A stretch of DNA of 64,000 bases, taken from an uncultured virus (IMG/VR IMGVR_UViG_3300029305_001437). Lineage: Duplodnaviria; Heunggongvirae; Uroviricota; Caudoviricetes. A program made the translations under genes and the position numbers. Location: the IMG/VR virus record IMGVR_UViG_3300029305_001437; one strand, written 5' to 3'. The notes below the pieces were generated by a model. That model did not search any database. It was not told where the DNA came from and worked only from the letters and a program-made list of their open reading frames with translations. Positions 1 to 7,897 of this stretch are shown piece after piece (positions within the stretch are counted from its first letter, which is position 1; the number at the start of each line of letters is the position of its first letter).

Positions 1-52
1 CGGCATCGGCGCCACGGTCTCGTTTGGCCTGTGCCCCCGCTTCTCTATCTAA
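1..52 (+). CDS. 3' end of the DGR target gene (partial; C-type-lectin-fold receptor-binding protein inferred), containing VR and IMH
   Basis: Frame starting at 2 reads GIGATVSFGLCPRFSI*. Bases 1-40 match TR 1048-1087 except at 8 TR adenines. Confidence 0.9.
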   Translation, partial: GIGATVSFGLCPRFSI

Positions 53-78
53 AAGGCGTCAGCCGCAATCCGTCAAAA

Positions 79-103
79 TCTGCCCCGCATTAGTCGGGGC
101 AGA
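79..103 (+). promoter_or_regulatory. DGR hairpin/cruciform downstream of IMH
   Basis: TCTGCCCCG-cattagt-CGGGGCAGA, a perfect 9-bp stem 27 nt after the target stop codon. Confidence 0.8.
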
Positions 104-129
104 AATAACCTACGAAAGGGTTTTCGCAA

Positions 130-924
130 ATGTCAGTACATCGCAGCGACCGAAAAGTAGCGTTTATGGAGTTCGTCCGCCAGATGGCAATGGTTCATCG
201 GCACACTCACGAGCGGCTCCGGTCGCTTCCGTCACGGTATAAGCGGTACATCGTACCGAAGATCAGCCAACCACTCAACGGAGCTTATGTATCGGTGATC
301 CTCGCCAATGAACAGAACGCAAAGACGAGCTTGGGATCTCGGCAACGAGCGGCACTCTTTGAACGGAGTGTGCAGCAGTTGCGGGAGGTTCAGGAGCCGC
401 TGGTTGCGTACTGGAATTTGTGCGATGTAACCGAGTCCGGTAGCTCTGCTTGGGCGGAGATGTTCAACCGTGAATTTGCCTTGATATACGGCGTAGCGAA
501 AACGAAAGGAAAACCGCCAATGTTTTTCAGTATGCCCAGGAGAAAGATCGAAAAGCTGGCCTTCTTGAAAAAGATGTGCCTGCTTCATAAGTTCACATAC
601 CAGAAGCTCGGTCACGCTCCGGAGTATACACGGGACGGCATTGGCGAACCTATCTCGAAGTTCATCAACAACGCCCTGTTCAATGTATTCGATGCGAACA
701 ATATCGTGCCGACTACAAGGATAGAGGCGGACAGGCGGGAGAAGCGTCTGCAGGCGGCGATTGACTCACTCAACGCAATGCAGACCCCTCTCCTTGCCCT
801 GTGGAACATTATGGATTACAGCGAGTCCATAATGGATGAATGGGCAGGTCTTCTTGATGAAGAACTGCGGTTGCTGGAAGGCTTGAAAAAGGCCGACCGG
901 GAACGGTACAAGAACCTGCGATGA
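130..924 (+). CDS. avd: DGR accessory protein, Avd-like four-helix bundle, tandem duplicated
   Basis: Lies between VR and TR; basic and helical; MSV..R start and DRERYK end; ungapped internal repeat at a 130-aa offset. Confidence 0.8.
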   Translation: MSVHRSDRKVAFMEFVRQMAMVHRHTHERLRSLPSRYKRYIVPKISQPLNGAYVSVILANEQNAKTSLGSRQRAALFERSVQQLREVQEPLVAYWNLCDVTESGSSAWAEMFNREFALIYGVAKTKGKPPMFFSMPRRKIEKLAFLKKMCLLHKFTYQKLGHAPEYTRDGIGEPISKFINNALFNVFDANNIVPTTRIEADRREKRLQAAIDSLNAMQTPLLALWNIMDYSESIMDEWAGLLDEELRLLEGLKKADRERYKNLR

Positions 925-957
925 AAGGAGAACACGGGTGGTATTCTATCATTGGCT

Positions 958-1095
958 TTCTGCGAACAACTTCTGGTTGCGTGGTGCCTCGGTCACTAAC
1001 TCGACGAACTTTGGCAATGTGAACAACAACGGCAATGTGAACAACAACGGCAACAACGCCACGAACTCGAATGGCCTGTGCCCCCGACTCTCGTA
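958..1095 (+). repeat. DGR template repeat (TR) with IMH*
   Basis: AAC-rich; conceptual translation SANNFWLRGASVTNSTNFGNVNNNGNVNNNGNNATNSNGLCPRLS. The 5' boundary is approximate because most of VR is outside the window. Confidence 0.93.
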
Positions 1096-1366
1096 ATTAA
1101 AGTAACCAGGTATGAGGGTGAAAATAATCGAATTATGAGAAGGAGAATACAACCCTCCGGGAGGCTCCCCGGTAAATAAATGGCAGTCCTGCTTTAAGGA
1201 CAGCACACCACGCCCGGTGTCACAATTTGGTCGGGAGGACGCTTCTTGCATGGCAGCAGAATGTCCGCCTTCTGCTGTTTCATTCCCGATACCATTTGCC
1301 CGATAGAAAACGACGGAAACTCCGAAGGACGGTCGATTACCGTTGGGGGAACGATAACAGATCGGG
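1096..1366 (+). ncRNA. Putative DGR RNA 3' spacer region
   Basis: Non-coding gap between TR and RT containing stems such as GGCAGCAGAA...TTCTGCTGTT (1252-1279); position is analogous to the BPP-1 spacer. Confidence 0.55.
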
Positions 1367-2608
1367 ATGTGCGTAGGCGAACTTTATCTTATGAGTAATC
1401 AAGAACGCATCCAAGCCCGGATTGCCCGGGATAAGGCTCGAAAGGCCGAAAAGAGAAAAGGTGTCATAGAAAAGCACGGCACCTACGAAAATGTCTTTAC
1501 GCTCCAAAATCTCCACAGGTCATTGCAGAAACGCAGAAAGAATGTGGAGTGGAAAGGCAGCGTCCAGGCGTACCTTGCCCACGCCATCGTGAAAATGAAA
1601 CGGGCAAAAGATGACCTGCTCCGTGGAGATATGAATATCAAGAACACGATCAGGAGAATGACGATCTACGAAAGAGGTAAACGCCGTGAGATCCACGCAA
1701 TCCTGATTGACAGTCGTGTCATTCAGGGCGTTCTCTGCGATGCCTCGATCACGCCGCTGACCCAGCCGTCGCTGATCTATGATAACCCTGCAAGCACCAA
1801 GCATAAGGGTATCAGCCACGCCCGAAACCGGGTGCTGAAGATGATCCGTGACCAGATCAAGGAAAGCGGACCGAACTCGTATGTTCTGCTGACCGACTAT
1901 TCCGGGTTCTTTGATAGCATCCTCCACGCAGTTTGCAGAGAAAAGCTCCGCAAGGCAGGAATGGACGAACGCCTCCGGAACTTGACGCTGGATTGCATCA
2001 AGATGTATCTGGCTCAGGACATCTCGTTTGTCGATGACCCTGCAGAAAGGGAGCGGCTGCTGCGAGAGCTTGCAGAAGACCGTTCCTGTGGTGCAACTCT
2101 TGGCAGTCAGATCTCGCAGGATATGGCACTGGTAGTACCGAACGACATTGACCACGCTGTCAAAGATAAGCTCGGTATGAAACGCTATATGCGGTATATG
2201 GATGACAGCCAGACAAGCAGTGGCAGCAAAGAAACCCTGCGGCTCGTCTACGATGTCATCAAATCGCAGAGCGAAGAAACTGGGTTGAAACTGAACGAGA
2301 AGAAGACTCGGATCGTTAAGTTTACCCGTGGCTTCGTATTCCTGAAGATCCGCTACATCGTCACGGAGACTGGCAAGGTTATCCGCAAGATGGTGAAATC
2401 CGGAATTGTCCGGATGCGGCGAAAGCTCAAGAAATTCGTTGAGCTCGTCCGAAAAGGGAAGATGTTGTTGGACGATGCCTTCAATTCGTTCAACTCGTGG
2501 AGAGGCAATGCCAAAAAGTTTGCCAATTCATACAGAGCAAGGAAGGCTATGCTTGTTCTGTATAATCGGTTATTCAAACGATACAGAACAGGAGGTATAG
2601 CAGCGTGA
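1367..2608 (+). CDS. DGR reverse transcriptase (start may be ATG 1391)
   Basis: ~410 aa with LGSQISQ and YMRYMDD motifs, a basic C-terminus and no maturase or endonuclease extension. Confidence 0.96.
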   Translation: MCVGELYLMSNQERIQARIARDKARKAEKRKGVIEKHGTYENVFTLQNLHRSLQKRRKNVEWKGSVQAYLAHAIVKMKRAKDDLLRGDMNIKNTIRRMTIYERGKRREIHAILIDSRVIQGVLCDASITPLTQPSLIYDNPASTKHKGISHARNRVLKMIRDQIKESGPNSYVLLTDYSGFFDSILHAVCREKLRKAGMDERLRNLTLDCIKMYLAQDISFVDDPAERERLLRELAEDRSCGATLGSQISQDMALVVPNDIDHAVKDKLGMKRYMRYMDDSQTSSGSKETLRLVYDVIKSQSEETGLKLNEKKTRIVKFTRGFVFLKIRYIVTETGKVIRKMVKSGIVRMRRKLKKFVELVRKGKMLLDDAFNSFNSWRGNAKKFANSYRARKAMLVLYNRLFKRYRTGGIAA

Positions 2609-3093
2609 ATTACTACAAGATCATCGAAAACGGTGTCGTCATCGACGCCAACTGCGTGTTCCTGAAATGGCAGAAGAAGAACAACATCCTGATCGGCTGT
2701 GATGCTTCGGAAGCCAACTTCATCCAGTCTTCGGACCAGGAGAAGGTGTGGAAGGTAGACTGGCTGATCCCGGCTGAGGCTGGGGCAGGCGAGTATCCCA
2801 CCGCAACCGCAGTAGAAATTACGAAGGAAGAATACGACGAGCTCCGGGCACAGCTTGATGCCGGACAGGAGCCTGTTGAACCTGAACCCGTCGTTCCTGA
2901 GGAGCCGTCCGAACCGGAGGATACCGGTGAGCAGGCCGGCGAACAGGTGATGAGCGTCGAGGAGATGCGTCGCAGGATCGTCGTTTTGGAAACAGCTCTT
3001 GAGGAGCAGAAACAGATCAACGGTGAGCAGATGGAGCGGAATGACTTCCTCGAAGGCTGCTTGCTTGAGATGTCGGAGATCGTCTATGGTTAG
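2605..3093 (+). CDS. Hypothetical phage protein (acidic; tail-associated position)
   Basis: GGAGG RBS, GTG start overlapping the RT stop. Confidence 0.75.
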   Translation: MNYYKIIENGVVIDANCVFLKWQKKNNILIGCDASEANFIQSSDQEKVWKVDWLIPAEAGAGEYPTATAVEITKEEYDELRAQLDAGQEPVEPEPVVPEEPSEPEDTGEQAGEQVMSVEEMRRRIVVLETALEEQKQINGEQMERNDFLEGCLLEMSEIVYG

Positions 3094-3136
3094 GCGTATA
3101 ATTTTCCGGATCTTATTTGGAAAGGAGGGTACGGTA

Positions 3137-3268
3137 ATGATGGCTATGCTTTGGGCTCAGAAGATTATCCTTGGCAAGAAGACCTTTGCAGAAGTTCCCC
3201 GTCTGCTGAAGGAGCAGGTTCTTGAGATCCTGCAGGAAAGCGGTCTGGAAGAACTCGGTCAGGAATAA
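3137..3268 (+). CDS. Small CD1375-like phage protein (alternative start 3086)
   Basis: AAAGGAGG RBS; MLWAQKIILGKKTFAEVPRLLKEQV pattern. Confidence 0.65.
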   Translation: MMAMLWAQKIILGKKTFAEVPRLLKEQVLEILQESGLEELGQE

Positions 3269-3292
3269 TCCAACGGAAGGAGTACAAGGGGT

Positions 3293-3514
3293 GTGAACGA
3301 CATCGAACTCATAGACCGCCTCTGTACGGTCGCAGCTACGCAGGCTCAAATCATCAAAGAGCAGGCACTATTCATCGAACAGCAGCTTGCTGTTGATGAG
3401 GAGATCAAGAAGAATTTTGCAGATCAGCGTAAAACTGTCGATTTGGAGCTCGACCTCTTGGAGGCCGAGCTCCATCCTTTTCGCACTGACGCTTCTGCGG
3501 AAAGGAGAGTCTAA
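3293..3514 (+). CDS. Hypothetical coiled-coil protein
   Basis: RBS present; within operon. Confidence 0.65.
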   Translation: MNDIELIDRLCTVAATQAQIIKEQALFIEQQLAVDEEIKKNFADQRKTVDLELDLLEAELHPFRTDASAERRV

Positions 3515-3925
3515 ATGGACGAAGTTATAAAAATCGCCCTTGCGGGAATGTTGTCCGGTGGCGTATTCGTTGCCATCATCGAAGCTGTCAAGGAAAGCAT
3601 TGCTTTTAGACGGAGACGAAAGGCAGAGAAGGAAGATCGGGCGGAAGCCAAGGCTGACGCTGCCGAGGAGCAGAAGCAGAAGGAGACTGAGGAGCGACTG
3701 CAGAAGCTGGAAGACAAGCTGAACGCAGTTGCCGAAGGCGTCAAACTGATGCTCCTGGACCGGATCATCTACCTCGGACAAGGATATATCGACAAGGGCG
3801 AGATCACCTACGACGAGCGGCATCGGTTTCACCAGATGCACGACTGTTACCACGACGGACTAAACGGGAACGGTGATGCGAAACTCATCGTTGAAGCGGT
3901 CGATGAACTGACCCCGAAAAGATAA
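3515..3925 (+). CDS. Holin-like membrane protein
   Basis: N-terminal TM helix, coiled coil and C-terminal YH.GLNGNG motif; upstream of the endolysin. Confidence 0.6.
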   Translation: MDEVIKIALAGMLSGGVFVAIIEAVKESIAFRRRRKAEKEDRAEAKADAAEEQKQKETEERLQKLEDKLNAVAEGVKLMLLDRIIYLGQGYIDKGEITYDERHRFHQMHDCYHDGLNGNGDAKLIVEAVDELTPKR

Positions 3926-3937
3926 GGAGGACCTTGT

Positions 3938-4273
3938 ATGAAACCGCATTATAGAAGACGCACCGAACCGAAAAAGAAGAACATCTTCGAGCGGATCGGT
4001 GTGATGAACCTGGCATTGCTGTTTGTCGCTGTGTCCCTCATCGTATTCACCGTCGTGATGGTGGATCTGTTCAAGACCTACGGCACCATTCCTGATACGC
4101 TCTGCCTGAGCGTGTTTGGCGTGTTGGGGGGAGAGTGTGGTGCTCTTGCTTGGATTAAGAACACCAAGGAAAAGAACCGTGATCGGAAGGTAGAACTGGA
4201 AGATCGCAAGTATTACGAGGAAAAGGAGAGAGCCGAGATGAGCGACGGCTCCCCTGAAGACTATGCTCAGTAA
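3938..4273 (+). CDS. Two-TM membrane protein, possible holin
   Basis: Two hydrophobic segments and a charged tail; directly before the endolysin. Confidence 0.6.
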   Translation: MKPHYRRRTEPKKKNIFERIGVMNLALLFVAVSLIVFTVVMVDLFKTYGTIPDTLCLSVFGVLGGECGALAWIKNTKEKNRDRKVELEDRKYYEEKERAEMSDGSPEDYAQ

Positions 4274-4287
4274 GGAGGTAATCAGTT

Positions 4288-6084
4288 ATGACCAATATTC
4301 AACTCGCCAAAAGGCTGATTGATATTGCGAAGAACTACAAAACTCTGTATGTGTTGGGGTGCTTCGGTGCACCGCTGAACGCAGCAAATAAGAAGCGGTA
4401 CTCCAACAACTACGCATACAACAAGAAGGCAGCAAGAACCGCCAAGATCAATGCCGCCAGCGACGACACTTTCGGCTTCGACTGTGTCTGCCTGATTAAG
4501 GGTGTCCTGTGGGGATGGGACGGCGACAAGGGAGAGACCTACGGCGGTGCCGGTTACGCCATCAACGGCGTTCCGGACATTGGTGCCGACGCAATGATTA
4601 AGAAATGCTCCGATGTGACCACCGACTTTACCGACATCGAAATCGGCGAAGCGGTGTGGATGTCCGGGCATATCGGCGTCTATGTCGGCGACGGCCTTGC
4701 TGTCGAATGTACCCCGAAGTGGGCTGATGGTGTTCAGCTCACCGCCTGCAACCGGTCCGTCAGCGGCTACAACCGCCGGGACTGGACGAAGCACGGCAAG
4801 TTGCCCTACATCACCTACGAAAAGGCTGCCGAGGCACCGAAACCTACGGCTCCCGCACCGGCTTTGACGGTAATGACTGCCGCAGAGACCGAGAAGGCGA
4901 TGTACAAGTACCTGACCGAGGAGCTTGGCTTGAATTGTGCCGCCGCCTGCGGTGTGCTGGCTAACATCAACGCCGAGTCTGCGTTCGAGTCCACCAACCT
5001 GCAGCAGACCTATGAGAAGTCTCTGGGCTTCACAGATGCCACCTATACCGCAGCGGTAGACAATGGCACCTATGACAACTTCGTCAGGGATGCCGCCGGC
5101 TACGGTTTGGCACAGTGGACATACTGGAGCCGCAAGCAGAAGCTGTTGGATTACGCCAAGAGCAAGGGCAAGTCCATCGGCGATGCAGAGATGCAGTTCC
5201 AGTTCTTCGGGCAGGAGATCAAGGGATACTCCGCTGTATGGAATACCCTGAGATCTGTGCCGAACACCGCAGAGGGTGCGTATAAAGCGGCCTACGATGT
5301 CTGCTACCACTACGAAGCTCCTGCAAATAAGGCTGTCCGGGCTGAGGAGCGTGGCAAGAGTGCCAAGAAATACTTTGCCAACTACGGCGGAGGATCTGCA
5401 CCTGCTACTCCCACGACTCCGCCTGCAACCACCGATTTCGCTGTGGGCGACAAGGTCTATGTCACCGGCAAGATCTACGCCTACGGCAACGGCACTGGAA
5501 ATTCCCTGACCAAGGAAAATTCGGTGATGTACATCTGCGAGTTCGTTGACTCCAAGAGATTTACACACTACATCGGCGTGTCCGCTGTGAAGGGCGGTCG
5601 CAGACAGGGTTGGGCAAAGCCCGACATCCTGTCCAAGACCAGTTCCGCAACTCAGCCTGCACCGAAGCCCTCCACGGGCACCACGCAGGGCTACATTGAG
5701 TACCCTGTGCAGATCGGCGATACGCTGACCAAGATCGCAGCGAAGTACAAGACGACCATCGCTAAGATCGTTGCCGCCAACGGCATCAAGGATGCCAACA
5801 AGATCTATGTCAATCAGATCTTGAAGATCCCCACCGAGGGTGTTACCGAAAATGTGACGACCGCAAAGCCTGCGACATTCGCTGTGGGCGATGCGGTCGT
5901 TGTTAATGGTACGATCACCGCCTACGGCAGCGGTGGGGGCAAGAAGCTCACCAAGAAGGGTGTCCGGATGTATGTCTGCGACATCGAGAACTCCAAAGTT
6001 TACCCGAACTACATCGGCGTATCTGCCGTAAAGGGCAGTGCCCGTCAGGGCTGGGCGAACCCGGAGATCCTGACGAAACAGTAA
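4288..6084 (+). CDS. Multidomain endolysin: NlpC/P60-like peptidase, phage tail lysozyme-type domain, two SH3-like repeats and LysM
   Basis: FDCVCLIKG...GHIGVY; NINAES...GYGLAQWT; duplicated FAVGD...YIGVSAVKG..RQGWA; YPVQIGDTLTKIA...NGIKDANKIYVNQILKIP. Confidence 0.9.
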   Translation: MTNIQLAKRLIDIAKNYKTLYVLGCFGAPLNAANKKRYSNNYAYNKKAARTAKINAASDDTFGFDCVCLIKGVLWGWDGDKGETYGGAGYAINGVPDIGADAMIKKCSDVTTDFTDIEIGEAVWMSGHIGVYVGDGLAVECTPKWADGVQLTACNRSVSGYNRRDWTKHGKLPYITYEKAAEAPKPTAPAPALTVMTAAETEKAMYKYLTEELGLNCAAACGVLANINAESAFESTNLQQTYEKSLGFTDATYTAAVDNGTYDNFVRDAAGYGLAQWTYWSRKQKLLDYAKSKGKSIGDAEMQFQFFGQEIKGYSAVWNTLRSVPNTAEGAYKAAYDVCYHYEAPANKAVRAEERGKSAKKYFANYGGGSAPATPTTPPATTDFAVGDKVYVTGKIYAYGNGTGNSLTKENSVMYICEFVDSKRFTHYIGVSAVKGGRRQGWAKPDILSKTSSATQPAPKPSTGTTQGYIEYPVQIGDTLTKIAAKYKTTIAKIVAANGIKDANKIYVNQILKIPTEGVTENVTTAKPATFAVGDAVVVNGTITAYGSGGGKKLTKKGVRMYVCDIENSKVYPNYIGVSAVKGSARQGWANPEILTKQ

Positions 6085-6096
6085 GGGGTGATCTGT

Positions 6097-6591
6097 ATGG
6101 GCAGAAAAATCCTTGCTTGGATCGTCGTGTTCCTGCTTCTGCTCCCGTTCCTGATCCTGATCTTGTCCGGATGTTCTGCACCCAGACAAGCTGTTCCGGA
6201 AACGGTGCCGCAGACGACCGCTCCGGTGGAAACGGAGACTGAGGGTATCGGAGATATAGAAACCGTATACAGCGAATACGCCGTGATCGACATCGCCGTA
6301 GGCGAGGACGGGGCGTATTGCTTAATGGCGGAGATCTCTGTGGATATGCTTGATGGGGAGCCCATCGGGGTCGTGATATGCGACCCCACGCTCCTGGCGT
6401 TCCAAGTATCCTCTAAGCACGACAACGGCGTCTTCCTGTTCGATATGAATGACGGCTTTGAAGCTATTGACGAACTGAAAGACATCAGGGATGCGTTGGT
6501 TGACCAAGGCAATGCTGAGCTTGCCGAAAGAGTACAGAATGTAATTGACCGCTTCGATCGTGCAGGACCGTATTGCGGAGAAAGCACCTGA
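6097..6591 (+). CDS. Putative lipoprotein
   Basis: Signal peptide ending in an LSGC lipobox. Confidence 0.65.
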   Translation: MGRKILAWIVVFLLLLPFLILILSGCSAPRQAVPETVPQTTAPVETETEGIGDIETVYSEYAVIDIAVGEDGAYCLMAEISVDMLDGEPIGVVICDPTLLAFQVSSKHDNGVFLFDMNDGFEAIDELKDIRDALVDQGNAELAERVQNVIDRFDRAGPYCGEST

Positions 6592-6605
6592 CGGGGTGAT
6601 AGATA

Positions 6606-6773
6606 ATGCTTGAGGCTCTTTTGAACCTGCTGCCATACGCCATCGGCTTGGCAGTGGCCGGCTTCTGGATCTATTGCCTTGCAACGGAAGACCGTAGCGA
6701 AACAGTCTGCCAGCCTGAAGACTGTGAATATTGTCCGTTCCCGTGTGAAGGCTGCACCGGGAAAAATAAATAA
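6606..6773 (+). CDS. Small TM protein with Cys-rich tail (not in the ORF track)
   Basis: GGGGTG RBS; MLEALLNLLPYAIGLAVAGFWIYCLATEDRSETVCQPEDCEYCPFPCEGCTGKNK. Confidence 0.6.
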   Translation: MLEALLNLLPYAIGLAVAGFWIYCLATEDRSETVCQPEDCEYCPFPCEGCTGKNK

Positions 6774-6794
6774 CCAGAAACGAGGTAATTGATT

Positions 6795-7298
6795 ATGACT
6801 GCAATGGAAATTGTTGAGATCATCATCGTCCTTCTCTGCGTCATCGCATACGGCTTTATGCTGTACTTCAAGGTGAAGGGCAATGTCGTCGGGGCTGTCA
6901 GTGAACTGATCGCCCTTGCCGAAAAGACCGGGCTCCCCGGCAGTGAGAAGATGGCACAGGTCGTCGATGCTCTGTATGCCAAAGTCCCGGCTTGGCTCCG
7001 GAAGATTTTTACGAAAGAACGACTGCAAGACATCGCACAGTGGATTTTTGACTGGATGCGGAAATATGCCGATACCTATGTCGAGATGGCAAAGGATGAT
7101 ACGACTGATGCAGAACTGAAAGAAACTGCCGTCGAAGTAGGTACGGAAGCAATCGCAGATCTTGTTACACAGCTGATGAACGCAGGACTCCAGGAACTCC
7201 ACGATCTTGCGGTTGAGAAGGGCGTATTCACCGATGGTCTCAAGACCAAGAAGGATTATGCTCAGGCCATCATCAAGGCCGTCCTGAACAAAGCGTAA
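6795..7298 (+). CDS. Holin-like membrane protein
   Basis: N-terminal TM helix followed by LIALAE...GSEKMAQV motif; last gene of the lysis cassette. Confidence 0.6.
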   Translation: MTAMEIVEIIIVLLCVIAYGFMLYFKVKGNVVGAVSELIALAEKTGLPGSEKMAQVVDALYAKVPAWLRKIFTKERLQDIAQWIFDWMRKYADTYVEMAKDDTTDAELKETAVEVGTEAIADLVTQLMNAGLQELHDLAVEKGVFTDGLKTKKDYAQAIIKAVLNKA

Positions 7299-7384
7299 AC
7301 GGGCTTCAACCTCCGGCCCGATACGCCCGTCATTCAGGGCGGTGCCCCCTCACTGCCTGATAACTGAATGACGGTATATAGCAG

Positions 7385-7421
7385 TACCCCCACTCCGGAT
7401 TGCCGGGGTGGGGGTATTTTT
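7385..7421 (+). terminator. Intrinsic terminator ending the late operon
   Basis: TACCCCCACTCCGG-attg-CCGGGGTGGGGGTA-TTTTT. Confidence 0.85.
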
Positions 7422-7454
7422 GCGTTTATGGGAAAATACCACTTAGGATCAAAG

Positions 7455-7545
7455 GGCAGCCAAGGGGAACGGAGGTTAGCACAATTTGGACACTCATTAC
7501 CTCCGGGACAAAAACCCGCCAAAAGGCTGCCAAATGCCTCCTACG
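7455..7545 (+). repeat. Dispersed intergenic element, family B copy 1
   Basis: ACCTCCGGGACAAAAACCCGCCAAAAGGCTGCCAAATGCCTC; A-tracts phased about 11 bp apart. Confidence 0.6.
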
Positions 7546-7660
7546 GGGGTTTGAAATCAGGAAGGCGGAGCCTCCAAAAAGTAAAGAAGATAAGATACCA
7601 CATACGCACGGAAAATCAATTCACAAAATAGACAAAAAATGAAGTTCGTTTTTTACATAT

Positions 7661-7742
7661 CAGTCTCTCGGGCACTTTAGACCTTTGCCATATACAATCA
7701 CCTCTGAATGGAAAACCCCGGTAAACCCCGCCAAATGGCCCG
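7661..7742 (+). repeat. Dispersed intergenic element, family B copy 2
   Basis: AGTCTCTCGGGC...AAACCCCGCCAAATG shared with 28299-28380. Confidence 0.7.
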
Positions 7743-7805
7743 TATGTAATTTGTCCTTGTAAATGATTATTTTGAAAAATAATTTGAAAAATCCGAAAAT
7801 AATAC

Positions 7806-7833
7806 TTGACTTAGGAGGTAGGTGTTGTAAGAT
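7806..7833 (+). promoter_or_regulatory. Early-type promoter P1
   Basis: TTGACT-taggaggtaggtgttg(16)-TAAGAT with upstream A-tracts. Confidence 0.85.
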
Positions 7834-7848
7834 TAAGGTACAAATAAA

Positions 7849-7862
7849 TTACCAATCGGTAA
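7849..7862. promoter_or_regulatory. Putative repressor operator
   Basis: TTACCAATCGGTAA, identical to 45355-45368. Confidence 0.75.
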
Positions 7863-7897
7863 CAGCCGAAAGGTACAACGGTAAAGGAGTAACCGAA

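Larger units (their letters stand above)
1..2608 (+). mobile_element. Diversity-generating retroelement (VR-hairpin-avd-TR-RT)
   Basis: VR and TR differ only at adenines and lie beside an RT and an Avd-like gene. Confidence 0.97.

Noticed and set aside
949..1251. Minus-strand 100-aa ORF with an LPLLFTLPLLFT repeat
   Set aside because: It is the antisense reading of the AAC-rich template repeat
1367..2608. RT as a group II intron, retron or Abi RT
   Set aside because: The adjacent TR/VR pair with A-only mismatches, the Avd-like gene, the SQ motif and the absence of maturase or endonuclease domains identify it as a DGR RT
4282..6189. Long minus-strand ORFs (also 6045-7202, 7811-9013, 24616-26118, 54796-55941, 59654-60940)
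   Set aside because: Shadow frames opposite well-supported + strand genes, with no RBS or recognisable motifs
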